From the NCBI GenBank assembly GCA_976551045.1, contig CDPCPM010000023.1, positions 310,001 through 374,000 of the forward strand: a stretch of 64,000 bases of DNA. Reading direction: 5' to 3'. The DNA is from Glaucostegus cemiculus (Eukaryota). The notes beneath the pieces are model-generated. The model saw only the letters and a program-made list of their open reading frames with translations. It was not told the DNA's origin and searched no databases. Positions 63,686 to 64,000 of the stretch are shown piece by piece. Numbering within the stretch: position 1 is the first letter of the stretch; every line of letters starts with the position of its first letter. A program made the position numbers and the translations under genes.

Positions 63686-63870
63686 GATGCTGGAGGAACT
63701 CAGCAGGCCAGGCAGCATCCGTGGAGAAAAGCAGTTGGCCAACATTTTGGGTCAGGACCCTTCTTCAGGACTGGGTATAGGGAAAGGAGAAGCCCAATAT
63801 ATTGCAGGGAAAAGCAGAGCAGTGATAGGTGAACAAAAGAGGGGAGGCGGGATGGGTTGGAACATCCAAC
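63686..63870 (-). mobile_element. Penelope-type terminal repeat; best-preserved hammerhead-like copy at 63732-63773
   Basis: Reverse strand: CAGTC-CTGAAGA-AGGGTC-CT-GACCC-AAAA-TGTTGGCCAACTG...gatgctgcctggcctgctgagttcctccagcatc. Confidence 0.7.
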
Positions 63871-64000
63871 CTGGTCTGTGCTGGATGAATGGATGTAGAG
63901 CAGATGGATGGGCATTGATTCCCCTCACACAGAACATATTCTCTGCCCTTCCTCCTTTGGTGATTATTCTAAGTGATATTCAGAATGTAGGGCCGCTGAC

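Noticed and set aside
1-64000. CRISPR arrays, operons or other prokaryotic defence systems
   Set aside because: The sequence is a spliced vertebrate locus with no regularly spaced repeat-spacer array and no dense ORFs.
1-64000. SYT7 transmembrane exon and downstream LPAGGK.../C2A/C2B exons
   Set aside because: I found no matching frames by eye; they probably lie outside the window, though a diverged small exon could have been missed.

Overview
AT-rich vertebrate genomic DNA. The repeat complement (CR1/HER-like LINEs, HE1-like V-SINE, Rex1/Babar, RTE, Penelope-type remnants) suggests a cartilaginous fish, probably a ray or shark (inference). The whole window lies inside a synaptotagmin-7 (SYT7) gene on the + strand. 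Five internal coding exons with canonical AG/GT boundaries are present: the 80-nt juxtamembrane exon (11459-11538) and four frame-symmetric (phase 2-2) linker cassettes (25442-25573, 26069-26272, 37398-37760, 53158-53280). I did not find the transmembrane or C2A/C2B exons, so they probably lie outside the window. The introns hold many degraded, often nested retroelements. The best leads are: (i) an intronic U1-mimic hairpin that could bury a cassette-exon donor; (ii) NOVA/RBFOX/QKI-type motif clusters; (iii) a dispersed Penelope-type repeat carrying decayed minimal hammerhead ribozymes; (iv) a sense-oriented 495-bp solo LTR inside a multi-layer LINE nest; (v) 14-3-3- and Homer-type motifs in the cassettes. 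Repeat boundaries and family names were judged by eye and are approximate. No prokaryote-type systems were seen.
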